Below are positions 35,192-42,618 of a DNA stretch of 42,618 nt, piece by piece. Source of the DNA: Geosiphon pyriformis uo1 (lineage: Eukaryota; Fungi; Glomeromycota); NCBI GenBank assembly GCA_016748015.1, contig JAAOMT010000106.1, forward strand, positions 1-42,618. The letters are read 5' to 3'. Made by a program: the position numbers and the translations under genes. Position 1 is the first letter of the stretch. Every line of letters begins with the position of its first letter. The notes under the pieces are model-generated. The model was not told where the DNA came from. It did not search any database and saw only the letters and a program-made list of their open reading frames with translations.

Positions 35192-36014
35192 NNNNNNNNN
35201 NNNNNNNNNNNNNNNNNNNNNNNNNNNNNNNNNNNNNNNNNNNNNNNNNNNNNNNNNNNNNNNNNNNNNNNNNNNNNNNNNNNNNNNNNNNNNNNNNNNN
35301 NNNNNNNNNNNNNNNNNNNNNNNNNNNNNNNNNNNNNNNNNNNNNNNNNNNNNNNNNNNNNNNNNNNNNNNNNNNNNNNNNNNNNNNNNNNNNNNNNNNN
35401 NNNNNNNNNNNNNNNNNNNNNNNNNNNNNNNNNNNNNNNNNNNNNNNNNNNNNNNNNNNNNNNNNNNNNNNNNNNNNNNNNNNNNNNNNNNNNNNNNNNN
35501 NNNNNNNNNNNNNNNNNNNNNNNNNNNNNNNNNNNNNNNNNNNNNNNNNNNNNNNNNNNNNNNNNNNNNNNNNNNNNNNNNNNNNNNNNNNNNNNNNNNN
35601 NNNNNNNNNNNNNNNNNNNNNNNNNNNNNNNNNNNNNNNNNNNNNNNNNNNNNNNNNNNNNNNNNNNNNNNNNNNNNNNNNNNNNNNNNNNNNNNNNNNN
35701 NNNNNNNNNNNNNNNNNNNNNNNNNNNNNNNNNNNNNNNNNNNNNNNNNNNNNNNNNNNNNNNNNNNNNNNNNNNNNNNNNNNNNNNNNNNNNNNNNNNN
35801 NNNNNNNNNNNNNNNNNNNNNNNNNNNNNNNNNNNNNNNNNNNNNNNNNNNNNNNNNNNNNNNNNNNNNNNNNNNNNNNNNNNNNNNNNNNNNNNNNNNN
35901 NNNNNNNNNNNNNNNNNNNNNNNNNNNNNNNNNNNNNNNNNNNNNNNNNNNNNNNNNNNNNNNNNNNNNNNNNNNNNNNNNNNNNNNNNNNNNNNNNNNN
36001 NNNNNNNNNNNNNN
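35192..36014. other. Assembly gap (823 N)
   Basis: Run of N. Confidence 1.
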
Positions 36015-36124
36015 GTTTTCAAGATTGCTGCGTGTGATTGGTTCATCGAAGGGACGACAGAGAAGTTCTACAAATGATGAGGTGTTGTCAGGCATGTCAA
36101 GTCTAGCACGCTTCGCAAGGTGTT
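36015..36124 (-). CDS. Probable exon 2 of the kinase gene (EHLAKRARLDMPDNTSSFVELLCRPFDEP..)
   Basis: Pyrimidine-rich acceptor ..ATTCTAG at 36125-36126, in phase with exon 1. Confidence 0.6.
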
Positions 36125-36302
36125 CTAGAATAATCATAGAAAATAGAAAGAAATAGGCGTTATACACCAAATATTCTCTTAAATATGGACATTCCTTCCA
36201 TAAAACGCATGTAATTACAAAATGAATGAATAGTTATGGATGGAAAACTGATTTACAAATTTGTTAAGCTCTACTCTATGTCTCAAGTTACGAAGTCGTT
36301 AC

Positions 36303-36585
36303 CTGTCTTATTAGTTTCTATAAAGTGATCTTGTAATTTTTCCATCTGCAACTCCCATCTATCTTTACTCTTTTTTAGCTCTTTCACTTCTTCTTCCAAC
36401 TCTTCCTTTTCTTCTATCCACTTCTTCCTTTGCTTTTCGTCTACATCCTCCTTCTCTCTCAGATTCTTCTTCAACTCTTCTAATCTATCTCCCTTCTCAC
36501 CCTTCCTAAACTCCTTCAGCTCCTCCACGCATCTCCCATACTGGGTCTTAACGTATTCTAATTCACGTTTAATATCTTCAGACAT
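36303..36585 (-). CDS. Probable exon 1: E/K-rich coiled-coil N-terminus
   Basis: Open, higher-GC frame from ATG 36585; donor AG|GTAACG at 36302; 178-bp intron. Confidence 0.7.
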
Positions 36586-37224
36586 GGTGTTTTGTGTGTT
36601 TGTTATGGTTTGGGAAGATATGGCCTAATATGTGTCAATGACGTTTCAGATCTTTGATTTATCAGTATAAATTTACTATTTAGGTAACAAACCCGCCTTT
36701 GTTAAATTACAAGAGTTTTTACTCTATAATATATTTGTTTTTTTAATAATTATTGTATTATGCAATATTCATTAAATTATTTTTGTTTTGTTAAATTAAG
36801 ATTATTATTGTTTTATATATTTTAATATTGAATAAAATTCGTTTTATTATTTTAAAATAAAAATAACTGTAAGTTTTAAAATTAGAAAAAATTAAACCAG
36901 TATTAAATATATTTTTTTGCATATATCTATATAACTTTATATTAATTTTAAACTTGTTAAATAAGTTTATATATTTAATTTATAAATAAACAAATTTAAT
37001 AATGTTATTTTTAATTAAATATAATTTAATTAAAACTTAAAATATGTAATAAAAATATTACTTACACATTTTTTATATATAACTAATAATTTAAACTTAT
37101 ATTAAGCAATATAAATTAAAAAAACTATTTGTTTTTATTTTATTTAAGTATTTAACAAGTTTTTATTTAAATACTTATTTAATTTTTTATTTTAAACATA
37201 TATATATATTTAAGTTTAATAACT

Positions 37225-37845
37225 TTTATTCCCATAAGGAGATTCTATTTGAATATGTATCAATTTGGAAGTTTTTGACTGGTTCTCATTTTCCGACTTC
37301 TTCTGTGATTTCAGAATCTCTTTTCTTATATATGTTTAATATTGGCTTATATGCTCTTCTTTGCAAGGGCTTTGTATTGGTAGGATGGTTTGAAGAAGCT
37401 GTATAAATATTTGAAGATTGCAAAGAGACTGTTTGGGTTCTAGTTAACTTTGTGCAAAACGTGGATGTACATCATTATTCTGAATTGTGGAGGTTTAGGT
37501 CCAAATTTAGAGCTAACATAGAAAGAGACAATTTGGTCAATGATTCAGGAGTGTTACTTTTGGTATATTGCAGTTTAGTACAAAATTTGTCGGATGACAT
37601 GATTAAATTAATTGGTATTAATGATCTTTTGAAGTAAGTTTTGGTTTCTGTAAGCCTTGTTTGTTTTTTTCTGGTTTAGCTAATATAGTATCTGTTTATA
37701 TAGGTGCATAGTATTGTTTTGATTAGTCCGAATGATTAGTTATATGTAGTAAATACATGAATCACATCTAGTTGAGGTCCATAGTTTTGATTTTGTACAC
37801 TAGATAGTAATTGGATTACACTCATTAAACTAAAATAAAAAAAAA
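37225..37845 (+). mobile_element. 5'-truncated LINE copy 5 (ORF2 C-terminus, tail, poly-A)
   Basis: Homologous to ~18920-19535; tail ~37710-37845. Confidence 0.88.
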
Positions 37846-38689
37846 ATAACTTTTATATTAATATTTTATATTTTTTACAAAATTATTAATTTATTATTTT
37901 TATTATTTAAAAAACATATATTATAGTTTTGTGAATTTTTAAACAACAAAATAATAATAATAATACTTTTAATTTAAAAAAATTTTGGTATTTATTTTTA
38001 ATAATCAGTAAAAAATAATTTAAATTTTTAAAACACTAATAAATTTAACTATAACTTTATTAAACAAGTTAATTTTTGTAAATAAAATTTTAAAATTTTT
38101 TTTATTAATTCTAAAAATAAGTAAATAAAACATCAAATAATAATAACAATATTATTTTATTATTAATAATAAACAATTATTATTTTTAAAAAAATTAAAC
38201 AGTCATAATTTTAAGATTAATTATGTATATTAATTTTTACAAATTTAATTTACTGTTTTAATTGAATTTTTTTATTATTATTTCAATTATTTTTAATAAT
38301 TTTTTTTGTTTTTTATTTACTCAATTTATAATAAAAAAGTAGTTTTTTTATAAAATAATCAAAATTTTTTTTTATTATATAAATAATTATTTATATTTAA
38401 TACAATAATCAAAAAAATATTGTTTAAAACACAACAAAAATAATTTAAATTTTATTGAATTTAATTTTTTGTTTTTCTGTTTAATTTGTTTTTTATTAAA
38501 AATTAATTTAATAAATAATTTTTGAAATTTTGAATTTTGTTTTTAAATAAGTATTTAATTAAAATTTATACTGTTTATAATATATTTTTTTAATTAAATT
38601 TATTAGTTTTTTTATTTATTTATTTCAATAATTATTATCAAGTTTTAATTTTAATAAAAAAGTTTTTAGTTGTTATTTTATATTATTTA

Positions 38690-41600
38690 TTTTAATAAAT
38701 CAAAACTATTTCTATTTAATTACAAAACTATTATTGGTTTTAATATTGTTATTATAAAAAAATTTGCCAAAAACTCTGGTTTTAATATTGTTAACAAGAA
38801 TGTTTTTTCTAAAAAAAAGAAAAAATATAATGTTTTAAAAATTAATATTATTAATAAAGAGTTGTTTGCCAAGAAAATAATTGATTGTTTTTAGAATTTT
38901 AAGACCAATAATACTACTAAATTTAATAGTATTAATATAAAAAAAAAATTTTTAATGAAAAAACCAGTGTAAATTACAACAAAAAAGATATTTTGAATAA
39001 AAACAACCTAAATCAGACATCTAAAAAACTTAAATTAGTGACCAAAAAAGCATTAAACACATTTTAAAAAAAATCAAGTTTATAAGCAAAAATAAAAATA
39101 ATGTTTTTTTGAATATTTCTGTAATTCTGTTTTTTTTTAAAAATCTAATTAATGTATCTGTTAGAAAATTTTTTATTTTAAATATTAGTTTAAATACTAT
39201 GATAAGAAAGTCTTCTTAAAAAAAATTAAAAATAATTAGAAATTTGTTTTTTAAATCAATAATTTTGGAAAAATTTCTATTTTCTTAAAATTTGCTAAAA
39301 TTATTTATATATTATTTACTTCCAAATTAAACTTAGCATGAGCAATAAAAAAGACAAGAACTATAAATATCTTAGTAAATACTAATCTCAGAAAATTTGC
39401 TAAATGTTTAAATTAAACTGTAATAATTAAGAAAATATTAATTAGAATATTAGTTGAAACTGTGCATACTGTACTATCTAAATTTGGGATAATTGTGTCA
39501 ATTAAAATATAATTGATAAGAATATAACAGAAGACTATGATTGAATTTAAGCAATCTAATTATGTTAATTTGACTATAGCAAAATAATCTATCCTAATTA
39601 GAAAAAAATTTATAAGAATTATTAAAACTAATATGAACAAAAAAACATAAACTACAAAGAATTATAATAGAATACTGTTTTATATATTGTTAATAAAAAC
39701 AAATACACATAATATTTAGAACTTTATTAAATCTATGGATAAAAAAATATGTGTAATTAATTATTATTTTGTTATATATATTAAAGCCAAGTATATAATA
39801 GTTTGTTTTAATTTTGGTAATTCATTAAATGCTATCATAAATATTATACCAGTTCTAAATAGTGCAATTTGTATTGGTTTTATTTGAATATAACCAAATA
39901 TGCTAAGTATAAAAAATTAGATCATATATTAATTAATTACGCTAATAATAAAAATGTCTTTTTAGGTAAATTTTCTTATAAAATTCTTTTAAAAATAAAT
40001 AAAAACAGGTTTGCCATTATTTACACTAAATATTTAGCTTCCATTGTTTATTTAATATTTTTTAGTAGAGTTTTTTAAACAAAAGTTGTTGGTAGTTTCT
40101 TATTTTTCTCTTTTTTTCTGTATAATAAGTCTTTAAAAATTGGTTTTTCTATAGAAATAAAGTCTTTTTTACTAATTATATTAAAAATAAATAATAAGTT
40201 CACTGTTTTTGAACACAGTTTTATAAAACTGAATTGATTTTTTTAAAAGTAGCACTAATATATAAACCCAAAATAAAAATCAAAAAATAATTTTTAAACA
40301 ACAAATATATTGACAAAAGTCAATCAATAATTTCTAATATTTTGCATATATATTTAGTAATATTATTGTTAATTATTACTACAACACTAAAACTTAAATA
40401 ATTGAAATTGACTTCTGAAGTAAAAACTTTAATTTCTTTAAATTTACTTATAATTTAAGGACAAATCTTATATTTTAGTTTTGTTTTTATAATAATAGAT
40501 ACAAAATTGCTCTTATTTTTATGTTAGCAAATAATATTTTTTTATTTAATAGAATTGTTCATCTTTTTAATATTATATATAGTAATTTTTCAAATAAGAC
40601 TGATTATTGAAAAAAACAAAAGCCTAAAATCAAATCAAAATTGTTTATTTTAGCCAAAAGTCTTAAAATCATATCCAACAATTTTTTTATATTATTTTTC
40701 AATTTCAAAAAACTTAATGAATTTAAAAACACTGCTTTAATAATAGTTCTATTGCTAATAATTATATCTGAACTTTTATTCATTACTATATTTATTCTTT
40801 AATTTTGTAATAAAAAAATTATTAACAACTAACATTCAGAGTTAAACTAAAAAACTATTGGCATAAGTATATTTAACTTTTTAGCTAGCTGACTAATATA
40901 TTCTACAAGATTGGCAACATTAATTCTATAATAATTAAAGCTTTAAATAGTAGTATATATATAGTTCTTAGTAGTAACTTTAATAAAAATAATTCTGGTT
41001 ACAATATAAGTTTTAGAAAATTTTTGAATATGGGTTTATTTGATTTTCTTAATAGTTTTTCATTATATAAGCTTTTTATATAGTTTAATTTAAAAAAATT
41101 AAAAAATGCATAGACTTTGTTTTAATTAATAATAGTATTTAAAGTTTGTTTTTTAATTAACAAGTTTACTATTCAAATAAATTTTTTAATATTAATTATT
41201 TTATTATATTAATAAACATTAATTTAGAAGAATTTTTTAGTTCTTAATTTAATTTAATACATAAACAACTTACTAAAAATAGATGAAAATACAAAATTTG
41301 TAAGATTAATAAAAAAATTTAAAAGAAGTTTAAGAATTTGTTATTGACTGCTGCTTTGACTACTGCTAAAAACTTTGATAATTACAAAAAAAAAAACTAA
41401 CTTTAATAGAATATAGCAACTGCTTAATAAAATAGTGTACTTTATAGCTAATACTACTTTTTTAAAAACATAGTATTAAAATAATAAAGTGGCCAAAAGT
41501 GCTGTATTTTCTAAGTTTTACAGACTAGAATTGTTGGTATTAAAAATCTTAAAACTATACTGGTTGGAAAATTTAAAAGAACTTTAAGTTTTAGTCAACA

Positions 41601-42618
41601 AGTGAATTTTTTTGAATTCTAATTAAACAGTAAAATTCAAAAAATTTTTGAATAATAATTATGGTAAAATTTTAATTAAATAATTATTGACTTGTTCTAA
41701 AAAAATTTATAGGTCTTATAAAATGTTAAAATCTAAAACTACTGAGAATTTTTGTATTAAAATTGTTATTACTTAATACATAAAAGCTTTTACTAATAAT
41801 AAGAATCAAATAATAAGAAATGTATTAAAAAAATTTTTCAAAAAAATTATATTAAATTATTTAGTTGATAATAATACACTAGTTTAAAATTCAATTTGGT
41901 CAAGTATAAAATTGATTTAATTATAAAAAATTGAACCAAAAAATATATAGTTAAAGCTACTATTTTTTTATTAGCAGAAATAATTTGCACTTTTTAAGTA
42001 TATTAATAATAATATATTTTTTAGTATAATATTGTAAATTAGTTTTAATAAGTTTTTATTAATAATCAAAAAATTTTTTAATAGTAAAACTACTAAATTG
42101 TCTGATGTTTCTAATAAAATGTAAAAACATAGTTATAAATTTGTTTTGAATTGTTTATTATATTTACTTAATTTGTGTTTAGTGTTTGAATTAATTTTTA
42201 ATATTTTAAAAAAATCTGGATATTTATGATTCCAAAATCATATAAATAAAAAAACATTTTAATAAATAACAAACTTATTGTTTTTATTAAAATTACAAGA
42301 AAAATTTTTTCAAAAATTTTGTTTAATTGTATTTTTAAAATTTATAACAAATACAAAATTTTATATAAAGACAATTTTTTAGTTTTAAAAAGCATTTCAA
42401 TTCAGTTTTTTATTTTTGCTATTAGATCTGTTATTAAAAATACTTTGAAAAAAAGTAGAAAAATCTGGTTGGTGCTTTAAAACATGAGCAAAGCTTATAA
42501 TTCAATAAGTTAATTACATCTAAAAAACAGTTTCAATTAAATAAAAATATGTAACAAATTTATGAAATTTTTTGGTCATATTCACAATAATTATATAAAT
42601 AAAGTTATAACAAATTTT
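38690..42618 (+). mobile_element. Decayed LINE copy 6, 5' half (ORF1, APE, start of RT) with an internal inversion; runs off the window
   Basis: Colinear with 28100-32020 except 40223-40915, which is reversed; remnants KFGIIVSIK, IWLVL*NMSKAYNS. Confidence 0.85.

Noticed and set aside
34946-36170. Four long ORFs spanning the N run
   Set aside because: Artefacts of translating N; only the flanks are informative.

Overview
This is AT-rich eukaryotic DNA made almost entirely of decayed retrotransposons. It looks fungal, and a Glomeromycota-like origin is inferred from composition and gene style but not verified. Positions 1-17.4 kb hold three related Ty3/Gypsy LTR elements. Element B (minus strand, 5' half only) is nested antisense in the pol of element C (plus strand). 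Element A (7169-17386, minus strand) is complete, with a CCAT target-site duplication (TSD), primer-binding site (PBS), polypurine tract (PPT), gag, protease, a Cys-rich insert, dUTPase, RT, RNase H, integrase and an extra 3' ORF. Positions 18-42.6 kb hold seven co-oriented (+) non-LTR copies separated by near-pure-AT spacers. These are one full-length RNase H-bearing LINE (28005-34752, 11-bp TSD), four 5'-truncated copies, one 5' half with an internal inversion, and an ORF1-only 'half-LINE' (22281-24588). The six copies with a 3' end share a ~120-nt tail that folds into a four-way junction with a possible loop-tail pseudoknot. All repeats show heavy C>T/G>A decay and CpG loss. The single host-gene island (a spliced coiled-coil + protein-kinase gene, 34946-36585, interrupted by an assembly gap) keeps its CpGs. 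All coordinates and alignments were worked out by hand.
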